The notes beneath the pieces are model-generated. The model was given only the letters and a program-made list of their open reading frames with translations, ran no database searches and was not told the DNA's origin. The position numbers and the translations under genes were made by a program. A DNA stretch of 64,000 bases from a virus (taxonomy: Duplodnaviria; Caudoviricetes), in the IMG/VR virus record IMGVR_UViG_3300005739_000025; one strand, 5' to 3'. Below are positions 18,227 to 28,223 of this stretch, piece after piece. Each line of letters begins with the position of its first letter. Within the stretch, counting starts at the first letter, position 1.

Positions 18227-18455
18227 AATTAAAGAAGAAAAAGTTAACGGACAATTATACTTCTATCCTCAATGGAAGAAAAGATGGTTTTGGCGTAGAT
18301 TTGTATGGTGGGGAGGGGAAGATGGAACTACTCCCCATACAGCCTTTTATAGAGATATGGCTGGTGCTTTGAGAGAGATAGCTGAAGATAAAGAAAATAG
18401 AAAGAAAAAAGCTATGGAAACGCCAAATAAACCGATTTATCATTATATACAATAA
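18216..18455 (+). CDS. Hypothetical phage protein
   Basis: YRIKEE...FYPQWKKRWFW pattern. Confidence 0.5.
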   Translation: MEYRIKEEKVNGQLYFYPQWKKRWFWRRFVWWGGEDGTTPHTAFYRDMAGALREIAEDKENRKKKAMETPNKPIYHYIQ

Positions 18456-18461
18456 TAAACC

Positions 18462-18713
18462 ATGATTACAAATAAACATTTTACAAAATTTAAAGAACAC
18501 CCAGAGGATAGAATTTATAGAGATAGAGAATTTATTAAAAGGTTAAATAATTATATTCATTCTGTATTTGATTTACTGGCATATGATTTAAGACTAAACG
18601 AAGAAGGTAAAGACTTCTTGTTTGATTATGTCTTTAATGAAGAAGCAGATATTGATTTTAGTGATTTTTTAAGAAAGTATAAAAGAAAGTATAGCGACTT
18701 TTATAAAAATTAA
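18462..18713 (+). CDS. Hypothetical protein
   Basis: ORF in operon. Confidence 0.5.
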   Translation: MITNKHFTKFKEHPEDRIYRDREFIKRLNNYIHSVFDLLAYDLRLNEEGKDFLFDYVFNEEADIDFSDFLRKYKRKYSDFYKN

Positions 18714-19708
18714 TCGTATCTAAATCTTATAGCTGCAATACCGTTTTGCCCATTATGAGGGCCATTATTTAAACCACTTCTCCAACCATTACCCCCACTT
18801 CCAGGAGCTGACGAACCCCCAGTTACATCACTTCCATAACCTCCTTGACAGATATAGCCTATTAAGCTACTATTTATTCCCGATCTAGGATTATAAGGAG
18901 CTCCCTCAAAGCCTCCAGGACCCCCTCCCCCTCCAGCCCATTGAGCTGAAGGGCTTGAAGTCGCTCCCCCACCTCTTCCTTCCCTTCCAGGAGAATTTCC
19001 CTCAGCTCCCCCTCCTCCATAATTACCTGAGGATCTACCCCCTCCTCCCCCGGACCCACCCCCTGTTCCTGAATTTCCGTTTTGCCCAGGTCTAACTGCA
19101 TTATCAGAAGATCCTCCTCCCCCACCTCCCCCTGCTGTTATTGAACCTCTAGAAGGGTTAGAAGTTATAAGAAAGGTTGTTTCACCCATAGACCCCCTAA
19201 CACTTTGACTTGTAGCTCTAGCCCCCCCTCTTCCGACATCAAATCTCCAAGTTTCTCCTGTAAAAGTTCGCCCTATATTACTTTCTACATACCCCCCGGC
19301 ACCCCCTCCACCACCATCCGTAGAAATTGTATTTCCTCTTCCTCCGCCCCCGCCTCCTGCGACTATTAAATAATCTATTTGTGTAAAACCTGTAATACCT
19401 GGATCTACAATTAATACATTACCTGAGCCAAATCCTGTATTACCAAATCTTACTGTTCTTCTTCCTGTGTTGCCAGCATTAGGATCCAAACCAGAGTCAG
19501 ATTCACTTGTTGATCCGGAATAGGATATTGTAGGGCATTTTGATTTACCAGCTAAATCACTTATTTTTATTGTTGTATCTGCTGTTGTTTTTCTTCCCAA
19601 TTCTCTAAATAAAGACTCATTAAAGTTCGCTTGAGCGTTTGATGTTCTGCCCAGATACGAATTAATCATAGACATTGATATAGGAACATTTGTATTAGGT
19701 AATGGCAT
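18710..19708 (-). CDS. Glycine-rich tail-fibre/adhesin-like protein
   Basis: N-terminal PISMSMINSYLG...IKISDLAGKS, YLIVAGGGGGG, poly-G loops; TAAATA 5 nt before ATG 19708. Confidence 0.65.
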   Translation of the reverse strand: MPLPNTNVPISMSMINSYLGRTSNAQANFNESLFRELGRKTTADTTIKISDLAGKSKCPTISYSGSTSESDSGLDPNAGNTGRRTVRFGNTGFGSGNVLIVDPGITGFTQIDYLIVAGGGGGGRGNTISTDGGGGGAGGYVESNIGRTFTGETWRFDVGRGGARATSQSVRGSMGETTFLITSNPSRGSITAGGGGGGGSSDNAVRPGQNGNSGTGGGSGGGGGRSSGNYGGGGAEGNSPGREGRGGGATSSPSAQWAGGGGGPGGFEGAPYNPRSGINSSLIGYICQGGYGSDVTGGSSAPGSGGNGWRSGLNNGPHNGQNGIAAIRFRYD

Positions 19709-19716
19709 AAAAGTAT

Positions 19717-20094
19717 TTATTTGATCCAACTAGCATCAAACACTTTCTCTCTCCCCTCTCGAATTGAATGAGAGAGTTGAGCTATTGAAGTAACATTATT
19801 TGTATATGCTCTTATTCTCCAAGATCCCATATTATCATAGGTAAAGAGCTGATTTTTTCCTGGAGGGTATAGATAGGCCACCATGGCATGTCCTCTTAAT
19901 TTACCTGTATCATTATCTTTCCAGGAATATCTAAATACTTCAGACCAAACACCATATTTGTTTAATGATTGTTTAAAAATAATGGCTGTAGGCAAGCAGG
20001 CATTTACTTCTCTCTCCATCCAATATTCGGGATTTTGGGGTGTAGTTTCGCATCCCGTTAACGCTAGAAGAATAAAAACCACCAAAATTTTCAT
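19717..20094 (-). CDS. Putative lipoprotein
   Basis: MKILVVFILLALTGC lipobox; later C...HA...YDN pattern could be a transglutaminase-like triad. Confidence 0.55.
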   Translation of the reverse strand: MKILVVFILLALTGCETTPQNPEYWMEREVNACLPTAIIFKQSLNKYGVWSEVFRYSWKDNDTGKLRGHAMVAYLYPPGKNQLFTYDNMGSWRIRAYTNNVTSIAQLSHSIREGREKVFDASWIK

Positions 20095-20587
20095 AAAAAG
20101 TATTTATCGGAGTATAAATAAAAAAACATGATACTTGTAATATCTTGTTTAATTAGTTTTAGTATTGGCTTTTGTATAGGAAGAAAAAGCTTAAAGCTTA
20201 TTTTCTAGTTGCTTTATATGAAAAGATTTCTATACTTAAAGTATGGATATATCTTTCATGGTTTTAATTTTTACATCGCTCGTAGTTGTAGCAACATGTT
20301 CTTATTGGTGGGGTCACTTTTCAGCAGCAAAATGCAAAAAAAAGAAAAAATCAAAAAAGAAGAAAAAGTAGAAAATTTTTCTGTTAAAACTTTAATTCTT
20401 TTATCTACTCGTCTAGATGAGATAGTAGGTAAGTCTGAACTTATTAATGAGTTACTAGAAGAAGAAGATGACCCTAGACTAATAAAGCTTTTAGATAAAA
20501 AACTTACAAAGTTAGAAAACGAATTAGAATATATAGGAAACAAGATTAGAATAGAGCAAGAGATCATTAAAAACTCTAAATAATCTG

Positions 20588-21169
20588 ATGGAACAAGATC
20601 CTATAACAGGGTTAAAATATAAATTTGTAAAACCTAGCGAGTTCAATTACGCTTATCATGTAGCTGGATCTTTATTTTATAAGATATCAAAAGCGCCAGG
20701 CAATAACACATTTGTTTCTTTTAATGAAGTGCACCCCTCTAGAGATAAAGAATTGCAAGATATATTAAGAAAAGATTTAGGTTACGGTATTCATACAAAA
20801 GGGTTTAATACAACTAATCTTGGAGCTCAAGAGATTAAATCATTGGAAAATTCTAAAGACTGGAACAACTATTATGTAAAGAGTACTCAAGATCTAATAG
20901 ATAAAGGTTTTTTATCTAAAACAAATTATAAAAACCATGGGTGGTCTATTGTGTATCCAGATACCATTCAGACTATTGCACCTTCTGCTCCACCTTGGGT
21001 TAAGGATAAATTAAACATTCTAAAACAAGCTAGTAAAACAAAAATTAATAGAAATATTCTTTCAATGTTTTTAGAGCGTTTATGCGAATTTATGATGCTT
21101 CATGAAGCATGGACTAATTTAAGACCTAAAACGAAAGAAGTGTTTAAAGACATTTTATCTGAGCTATGA
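20588..21169 (+). CDS. Tagged protein (C-terminal RPKTKEVFKDILSEL)
   Basis: C-terminal copy of the 24x motif. Confidence 0.7.
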   Translation: MEQDPITGLKYKFVKPSEFNYAYHVAGSLFYKISKAPGNNTFVSFNEVHPSRDKELQDILRKDLGYGIHTKGFNTTNLGAQEIKSLENSKDWNNYYVKSTQDLIDKGFLSKTNYKNHGWSIVYPDTIQTIAPSAPPWVKDKLNILKQASKTKINRNILSMFLERLCEFMMLHEAWTNLRPKTKEVFKDILSEL

Positions 21170-21579
21170 AACAGAAAGCGCCAAAGATGGAACTTATTCC
21201 AATTACGTCTGAGAACTACGAAAGAGTTTCTTGGCCAGCGCCTCATGGTACATCTTTTAAATTAACAAAAGATAAAAAATATGGAGTTACAAAGTTTACA
21301 GAGATGGGTCCTCTCGGTAAAGATTATATGCTAAAAAACGGGTACAGAAGAATATATTACTTTGATGGAGATGATGTATTAAAGTACTATGTCTATAATT
21401 CTATTCCCCTACCCCACCCCATTGATGCTAAAACAATGTATGAAATTGTTGATAAAAATACCGTTCCTAAAGCTTTAAGAAACGAAATTATGATTGCGTA
21501 TGTTATAGATAACTTAGGAAGACTTCTAAAGCCTAAAACTAGAGAGCATTTTGGGGATATTTTTAGCGAATTATCTTGA
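21166..21579 (+). CDS. Tagged protein (KPKTREHFGDIFSELS)
   Basis: C-terminal motif; ATGA coupling to upstream gene. Confidence 0.75.
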   Translation: MKQKAPKMELIPITSENYERVSWPAPHGTSFKLTKDKKYGVTKFTEMGPLGKDYMLKNGYRRIYYFDGDDVLKYYVYNSIPLPHPIDAKTMYEIVDKNTVPKALRNEIMIAYVIDNLGRLLKPKTREHFGDIFSELS

Positions 21580-22061
21580 CTAAATTCTGGGTTCCTTCAT
21601 AATAGGCACAATGAAAGATTACCTTTTATTGTTTATTGAATGTGTCTACCATCTTTTTAATGATAATAGACCCTTTAAAAAGAAAATTGAGCCATCATTA
21701 TTGGCAGAAAATATCTCATGGTTTAATAATTGTTCTTGGATCGAACAATTGATTGCATTTAAACAAATTTCCCGTTATTATACTTTTAAATGACATACGA
21801 AGAACAAATAGAACAGGTGCAAAGCGCTCTCAATTATCTCATTGCAGAGGGTATTGCTGTAGAAGATGGAAAAGGTCTCTATAGGCTTAAAACTGATAAA
21901 GAACTTAAACTAGAAATAGAGAGTCTTATTAATGAGTAATAAAGAAAAGATTATTAGAATTGGTACCTGGTTAACTATTTTTACTTTTTCTGTTGCCTTT
22001 TGGGTAGTTATAACTTATTATTCTTATCACTTTGTAAGAAATCTTATAATGTCTAACTAAT

Positions 22062-22283
22062 ATGAATAAAGAAACAATCGATTTGTTCAAACAATACGTG
22101 GTAGCAACATTAGATGAGCCTAACGGTATTTCTAAAGAAGCATATTCTTCGCTAATTAACCTTATGCAAGTTAATAGAGATTTTGCTCAAGAAATGCATG
22201 ATGTTGTAGATAAAATTGACTCACATGATAATAGATACTTCCTATTGGAAGATAACGAAGAGGAGTTTTCTTACGAGGAATGA
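22062..22283 (+). CDS. Hypothetical acidic protein
   Basis: ORF in operon. Confidence 0.5.
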   Translation: MNKETIDLFKQYVVATLDEPNGISKEAYSSLINLMQVNRDFAQEMHDVVDKIDSHDNRYFLLEDNEEEFSYEE

Positions 22284-22558
22284 TCAAGCTTTCAAATATT
22301 AATGAGGTAGCAGATAAGCTAAAAGAACTTAAAGAGGCTGTTGCTGTTTGCCAGAAAATAGAAGATCAAGTTTCGTGGGCTTGTGACTTTACAACTTATA
22401 GAACTATATCTGATGCCTTAGAGCCTATTTATGAGGCTGTAGATAGTGCAAAAGATTCAATTAATCAAGAAATAAATTATATTGAAGATCGTTTAGAAGA
22501 TTACAAGTGCAAACTTGATATTTTTGAACACGAAAATAAGATAGAAGTAAACGATTGA
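22280..22558 (+). CDS. Hypothetical coiled-coil protein
   Basis: ORF coupled to both neighbours. Confidence 0.5.
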   Translation: MIKLSNINEVADKLKELKEAVAVCQKIEDQVSWACDFTTYRTISDALEPIYEAVDSAKDSINQEINYIEDRLEDYKCKLDIFEHENKIEVND

Positions 22559-23634
22559 GTATATGTCTTAACATGATTGTTAAGGATGAATCTAAAAACA
22601 TCCTTAGATGTTTAGATTCAGTCTCACCCTATATAAACTATTGGGTAATTTGCGATACAGGTTCAAGCGATAATACAGTTGAAACTATTAAGAACTACTT
22701 TAACCAGAAAAATATTCCAGGAGAGATTCATGGTCATGGTTGGGTAAATTTTGGAGTTAATAGAAATTTAGCTTTAGAGTTAGCAAAAGATAAAGCGGAT
22801 TATATATTGCTTTGTGATGCTGATATGGAAATGGTAGTTAATCAACCAGATTTCTTTTCTAATATTAATAGCTATGGTTTTGATGAAGCTACTATTATTC
22901 AGGAATCTGATCATTTATCATATCACAACATAAGAATTGTAAGCGGTAAGAAAGATTTCAATTATGTTGGTCCTACTCATGAGTATATAACCGCTAAATT
23001 CAAAGATGTAAACAGATTAGATATAGATAAATCTGTACTATATTTCAAGGATCATGCTTCAGGATTTAATAGAACAAACAAATTTCAAAGAGACATAGAG
23101 TTGTTGGAAAACGAGCTGCTAAAGTTTCCATCCAATCAAAGATATAGATTTTACCTGGCCCAAAGCTACAGAGATAACAACGATAAAGATAACGCCATTG
23201 CCAATTACAAAAAGGTTCTTTATTGTAATGGCTATGTTCAAGAGAAGTACATATCTTGTTTAAATTTAGGTAGATTATATAAAGATAAAGGAGAAAAAGA
23301 ATTAGCAGTCTTTTACTACTTAAAATCTATAGAGTTTGATAGTTCTAGAATAGAGTGTATGGTAGAGGCTACAACTATTCTTAGAGAATTAAATCAACAT
23401 AATTTGGTTTGTTTGCTCTATGATAGATATAAAAATTACTCTAAAAATATACAGCACGCATTATTTCTAGAGCCAAAACTATATAATAACGAGCTTGAAT
23501 TTAATTTTTCAATTTCAGCCTTTTATGTTAATAGAAAGGAAGAAGGTTTACAAGCTATTAAAAAAATACTTGAATCTCCAGATAGTTCAGATCATATTAG
23601 ATTTTTAAGTGAAAAAAACTTGAAATTTTTTTAA
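22555..23634 (+). CDS. Glycosyltransferase family 2 with TPR-like C-terminal region
   Basis: ICLNMIVKDE...CLDS...CDTGSSDNT, LLCDAD (DxD), THE, RYRFYLAQSY. Confidence 0.85.
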   Translation: MSICLNMIVKDESKNILRCLDSVSPYINYWVICDTGSSDNTVETIKNYFNQKNIPGEIHGHGWVNFGVNRNLALELAKDKADYILLCDADMEMVVNQPDFFSNINSYGFDEATIIQESDHLSYHNIRIVSGKKDFNYVGPTHEYITAKFKDVNRLDIDKSVLYFKDHASGFNRTNKFQRDIELLENELLKFPSNQRYRFYLAQSYRDNNDKDNAIANYKKVLYCNGYVQEKYISCLNLGRLYKDKGEKELAVFYYLKSIEFDSSRIECMVEATTILRELNQHNLVCLLYDRYKNYSKNIQHALFLEPKLYNNELEFNFSISAFYVNRKEEGLQAIKKILESPDSSDHIRFLSEKNLKFF

Positions 23635-23691
23635 AATTTTAGTTGAGGTTCCTTAGAAAGACTATATATTAATAGAAGTTCTTTGACATTT

Positions 23692-24070
23692 AAGGGGGTA
23701 GCAGATAGCCGGTTGAGTCGTGCACTGCTTTAAACTGATCTTGACTCGATCAAGCCTTCTTAACAACGGTAAGGTATGGTGTTTAACGTCCCTAACAAAA
23801 TGTATCACCTTATAAATGGTATGCGAACTCTACCACTCTTAAGATCTAAAGAGTCTTCACAGTAAGATAAGCCGCAACAGGCTAAAAAATAGAGCGTGTC
23901 GGTTCTAGGTAAGTACCAAGCCGAAGACTATAGATGGTCAAAAACCTATGTAAAATACGGTTAGGTGTTCTTCGAGTGAGTGTATAAAAATATGCTAGGC
24001 ATTACTCACTCGATACCAGATAAGGCGCAACTTAATCTGGTCCGAAGTGCGATAAAAACACCCAATTTTC
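23692..24070 (+). ncRNA. Candidate large structured non-coding RNA, family unassigned
   Basis: No ORF; several helices visible (tcgagtgagt/actcactcga, ccagataag/cttaatctgg, actctt/aagagt, gagtc/gactc, agcc/ggct); boxA-like gttctttgacat immediately upstream. Confidence 0.55.
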
Positions 24071-24469
24071 CATGCATAGATTAGCTTATTCAATTCTAGC
24101 GTTTTTATTTGGATTCTGGTTATGTGAATTCATAATTAGTTTATTCTTGAAGAAAGATAAAATTCCTTTAGAATAAGAATATGAAAGTAAAACCAGCTTA
24201 CATGTCATTAATGATTTCCTTTGCACTATTTGCTATTTTAGTCTATCTTGTTAGTAGACTTTAATATGACTCAGGAAGAAAAAATATATCAACTTCGCGC
24301 TCTTCTCTCTTACATTAATATGAGAGTAGGGGAGTTTTATAGTATGGGACTCTACAATAACAACCCGACTAGAAAAGAACTATTCTTTATTCTTAAAGAT
24401 ATAAAAAAAACATTAGAACAGACAAGTAATTAATTGCATTTTTATTAAAGTTCCTACATACTTTTAACA

Positions 24470-24715
24470 ATGAAAGAGCTAAACAAATTAAGGGAAGAAG
24501 TAGCTGATCAAGAATTACATAAATATGATTTTTATGGGTACGTAGAGGATTCCAGTAATTGGGTAAAAGATGGAGATGTGTGGTCCTGTAAGGTCTATCT
24601 TGAAAATGAAGATGAGTATGAAGAAGAGGGAACTACTATTCCTTATTCCTTTACAGTATTTTTCGAAGAAGGTACCACCGAGGTTGAGTCTGTAGAATCA
24701 GAGTGTTTAGCTTAA
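24470..24715 (+). CDS. Small acidic early-type protein
   Basis: AGTTCC-ta-CATACT 7 nt before ATG; E/D-rich. Confidence 0.55.
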   Translation: MKELNKLREEVADQELHKYDFYGYVEDSSNWVKDGDVWSCKVYLENEDEYEEEGTTIPYSFTVFFEEGTTEVESVESECLA

Positions 24716-25213
24716 TGGCAAAATATAAAAAAGATTTTCAAACTATAATCTACAAAGGTTATAAAATAGAACAAGTTATTAATCACAATCCTTATCTTTT
24801 CTATGGAGGATATGGTTATCCTGAGAATCACCCTAAGCGTAGATATATGAAACCTATATACGCTGTTCAATGGGCTGATAAGAAGGAAGGTTATTGTTAC
24901 GAAACATACTACTATACTTCTTTAGTTGCCGCAAAGAGAATGATAAATTTTACTGTTAATCGCAATAAGGTCCCTGCATAATATTAACAATGACGAAATA
25001 CGATATTAATTCCCAAGTGGAAGAGTACTTTGGTACATTTGCTGCTGAACCTGCTAATGAAGACATGGTCAGTCTTAGCAGCTATTCTATTGAAGAATAC
25101 GAAGAGTATATTTCAAAAGAATCCCAAGAAAATAGTGAAATTTAATTTAGTTGCTGTTCCTATAAGGTTCCTGTACAATATTTACATAATCAAGAAAGGA
25201 GGTGAAACAAATA

Positions 25214-25546
25214 ATGGAAAACGTTATCAAAGTCGAGCGTAAGAACGGTAAGATCGTTCGTCAGACCGAAGGTAAACGCCGTGGACGCCCTAGTGGTTCT
25301 GGCAACCCTTCGCTTAAGTTGACCTGCTTGGTCACGGGTAAGTCCCGTGCTACCAATCAGAAGTATCTCCAGGCTAAGGCTGATCGTTTGGGCGTTACTG
25401 TTGACGAAATCGTTAACAACTATGTCTCTAAGGACGGTCTCAAGCAGATGGATACTTTCAATCACGCTAACAAAGAGTTGCTACGTCGTATCAATGGTGG
25501 AACTCGCATTAGCTCTGAGAAGGTCGCTGTTGCTAAAGCTGCTTAA
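25214..25546 (+). CDS. Basic putative DNA-binding protein with AT-hook-like RRGRPS
   Basis: Strong SD AGGAGGT at 25197-25203; GGTTCC-tg-TACAAT upstream; start moved to ATG 25214. Confidence 0.6.
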   Translation: MENVIKVERKNGKIVRQTEGKRRGRPSGSGNPSLKLTCLVTGKSRATNQKYLQAKADRLGVTVDEIVNNYVSKDGLKQMDTFNHANKELLRRINGGTRISSEKVAVAKAA

Positions 25547-25738
25547 TCAATAGAGCGTCTCCAGTTCAATCCTGCAGACGCTTCTATCTTATGAAAAAAC
25601 AAATTCAAAAACAATTAAAGTTTGCTTCTAAACTCTTACAAGAAATTTCCCGGGAACATAAAAAGGGAAACTACTATAGGTTTGGTTATTTGGCATATGA
25701 TGTTCAATTAAAAGAGTACGAAAGACTTAAAGCATTAT

Positions 25739-25948
25739 ATGAAAAGCATCGCTAGTATTCTTTGTTTACTGATTACTGGTTGTGCTACCAATCCAGTAGG
25801 AGCGGGATTTCAAAAAGAGTTTCCTTATAAATTTAGACCATATCCTGAATCTCCAGACATTTATAATTTCTCTCTTAATAATATTATCGATTTAACTCCA
25901 TACATATGGTTCCCACAAAAAGATACGCCTATATTTTCACCATTTTAA
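25739..25948 (+). CDS. Putative small lipoprotein
   Basis: LLITGC lipobox. Confidence 0.45.
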   Translation: MKSIASILCLLITGCATNPVGAGFQKEFPYKFRPYPESPDIYNFSLNNIIDLTPYIWFPQKDTPIFSPF

Positions 25949-26045
25949 TATTAGTGGTTCTAGTATCGTGTTGCTCAATAAATAATTCAAATAACAACAT
26001 GGACAAAGAGGTCCGTAAGATGTTTGAATTTATTGAACGACCACT

Positions 26046-26402
26046 ATGCGAAAAGAAGCCTTCGTTAAAAGATTAGAAAGCGGAAGACTAGTTTTTAGTT
26101 TTTACCCTCCTTTAAAAGACCTAGGAGGTAATCATTATTTTGATAAGCTTATCGTTGATTTAAACGATAAAAAGGTATATAAAGAGCTAGGAAAAACCAA
26201 AGTAGGTTATTTTTCTGAAGCTAGAGTTATAGAAGACGATGGAAGCGTGGGTAGATCTCTACTTCAAATAACTCATAGTACCCCATTTTCCTTTCAAGAG
26301 TTTGTAGATTTTCTACCTAAAGTTAAAGGTGAATATAAAGTTGTAGAGCTTAAACCTAAGACCGAAGAACACTTCGGAGATATATTGAGAGGACTATCGT
26401 AA
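26046..26402 (+). CDS. Tagged protein (KPKTEEHFGDILRGLS)
   Basis: C-terminal motif. Confidence 0.75.
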   Translation: MRKEAFVKRLESGRLVFSFYPPLKDLGGNHYFDKLIVDLNDKKVYKELGKTKVGYFSEARVIEDDGSVGRSLLQITHSTPFSFQEFVDFLPKVKGEYKVVELKPKTEEHFGDILRGLS

Positions 26403-26803
26403 TGAAACTTAAAGGAAAAGCATATTTTGTAAAAAAATTCTCAAATAATATATTTGGAAGCGATGAAGCTGATAGAATTATAAAATCTTCCAAAAATGTT
26501 AAAGGTAAAAGAAATATAGCACTCTATAAAGTATCTCCCCCCATTAAAGGACATCAATATGTTGTAGTTAGTAGTGTTAAAATAGAGATACCTATGAACA
26601 AAAAAGAAAGTCATATTATTCAAGAGACAATGGTATTTTTTTCTAATCATAAAGGGGATGTGGAATTTGGTCAAGAGTTTAAAACCTTTTACGGCTTCTT
26701 ACCCCATGATAAAGTGTTAATGGATATCGGCTATGAGCTTGTAGAGTTTAAGCTTAAACCAGAAACAGAAAAATATTTTGGAGACATTTTAAGAGAACTA
26801 TGA
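26402..26803 (+). CDS. Tagged protein (KPETEKYFGDILREL)
   Basis: C-terminal motif; stop/start overlap. Confidence 0.75.
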   Translation: MKLKGKAYFVKKFSNNIFGSDEADRIIKSSKNVKGKRNIALYKVSPPIKGHQYVVVSSVKIEIPMNKKESHIIQETMVFFSNHKGDVEFGQEFKTFYGFLPHDKVLMDIGYELVEFKLKPETEKYFGDILREL

Positions 26804-27222
26804 GTAAAAAATTAGAAGATGGTTATTTTTTAGACGATGGAAGAACGGGTATTGTTTATAAACCTATAAAATTAGGAGATTATGATGTATTTTTTAGTAA
26901 CGGTCTATTTTTTACTTTAGTAAAAGATGAAATAGTTACAGGTTACAAGTTTTACTCGTTAATGCACATAACCGCAAAAAAACATGGATTAAGTATAAAG
27001 TCTGTTCCAAAATGGCCCAAAGAAACGTTAATGTGGGGTCATGACTTTTTAAATAAGTTTGATCAAAATTTACCATATTTGTGTATAGTTAAACCTTGGA
27101 CGGTTCCGAGAAAATATTTTGATACAGGAGCTGCTCAATACTATAGTTTATACAAAAAGCCTTCTAAATTAATGAAACCTAAAACAAGAAAACATTTCGG
27201 AGACATAATAGATAATTTATGA
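26800..27222 (+). CDS. Tagged protein (KPKTRKHFGDIIDNL)
   Basis: C-terminal motif; ATGA coupling. Confidence 0.75.
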   Translation: MSKKLEDGYFLDDGRTGIVYKPIKLGDYDVFFSNGLFFTLVKDEIVTGYKFYSLMHITAKKHGLSIKSVPKWPKETLMWGHDFLNKFDQNLPYLCIVKPWTVPRKYFDTGAAQYYSLYKKPSKLMKPKTRKHFGDIIDNL

Positions 27223-27318
27223 GTGATAAAGTAGAAGAGATTAAAGAAGCTATTTCTAAACTAACTATTGAAGAGGTAAATGAATTAGCCGAAAAGCTAA
27301 AAGATATACTTAAACTAG

Positions 27319-27780
27319 ATGAAGACATTTAAGACATTTATAACCGAGAATGTGATACAAATGAGTGCTACTAGAGCTACTAAAGAGTATCCTTTTGTTT
27401 CTGAGCTAGACGATCAAAGTATAAAAGAGCTTTTATTAATTAGAAAGCCTGAAGACATTAAATCGGTATCTCTTGAAGCTATGTGGATGGATGATAGTGT
27501 AGAGTGTTACGGTATTATATTAAATGGAGTAGTTATGGGATTGTGGTGGTACGGACCTCATATTAAGGGATATCTACAAAAATTTAACGATAAACTAGAC
27601 GCTAAGAACAGAGCATTTCTACAAAAAGAAGTATTTGAAATTTTAGAAAATGAAAAACAGAGAATATACGATGAAGCAGGAGATGAAAGATTAGATAGAA
27701 TAGAAAAAGAAATAGAAATGCTTGATAAAATGAAACCTAAAACAAAAGAGTATTTCTATGACATAATGAAAGAACTATGA
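27319..27780 (+). CDS. Tagged protein with CTS-like leader (MKTFKTFITE ... KPKTKEYFYDIMKEL)
   Basis: Carries both N-terminal leader and C-terminal motif. Confidence 0.78.
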   Translation: MKTFKTFITENVIQMSATRATKEYPFVSELDDQSIKELLLIRKPEDIKSVSLEAMWMDDSVECYGIILNGVVMGLWWYGPHIKGYLQKFNDKLDAKNRAFLQKEVFEILENEKQRIYDEAGDERLDRIEKEIEMLDKMKPKTKEYFYDIMKEL

Positions 27781-28223
27781 CAAGAGGTAAAGCTATTTTA
27801 ATTAAAGATCTTACCCCTAGAAGTAAGGAAGATTTTCAAAGAGTGGTAAAAAGTGTTCCTAGATTTGATTATCTTTTTAGTAAGTTTGAGGGTCTTAATA
27901 TAGATCATATGGAGCTTAAAGTGTATAAGCTTAACCCAAAGCTATTTGTTGATAATGTTATTAAAGATTGTGAATATGTATTAATAGCTACAATATTCAT
28001 ATCAAAACATAATGAAAACAGATACAAGTATGAGTATAAAGAATCATCTGTTTATAAGAGTAATAAAAATGGAAAGATTTTAAACACCGATGAAATTTAT
28101 ATGACCCATAGAAACACTGATCATGAAGATGTGTTAAATGATATGGGAAGAGAGTGGTATGATCTAATAAAGCTTAAGCCTAAAACATCAGAACACTTTG
28201 GAGATATATTAATGAATATATGA
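27777..28223 (+). CDS. Tagged protein (KPKTSEHFGDILMNI)
   Basis: C-terminal motif; ATGA coupling. Confidence 0.75.
   Translation: MTRGKAILIKDLTPRSKEDFQRVVKSVPRFDYLFSKFEGLNIDHMELKVYKLNPKLFVDNVIKDCEYVLIATIFISKHNENRYKYEYKESSVYKSNKNGKILNTDEIYMTHRNTDHEDVLNDMGREWYDLIKLKPKTSEHFGDILMNI

Noticed and set aside
23692-24070. tmRNA, RNase P RNA or group I intron identity for the structured region
   Set aside because: No TTCRA T-loop with CCA end, no GAGGAAAGTCC/AACCCGGCTT P4 pair, only a partial AGACTA without a convincing S element, and no interrupted gene.
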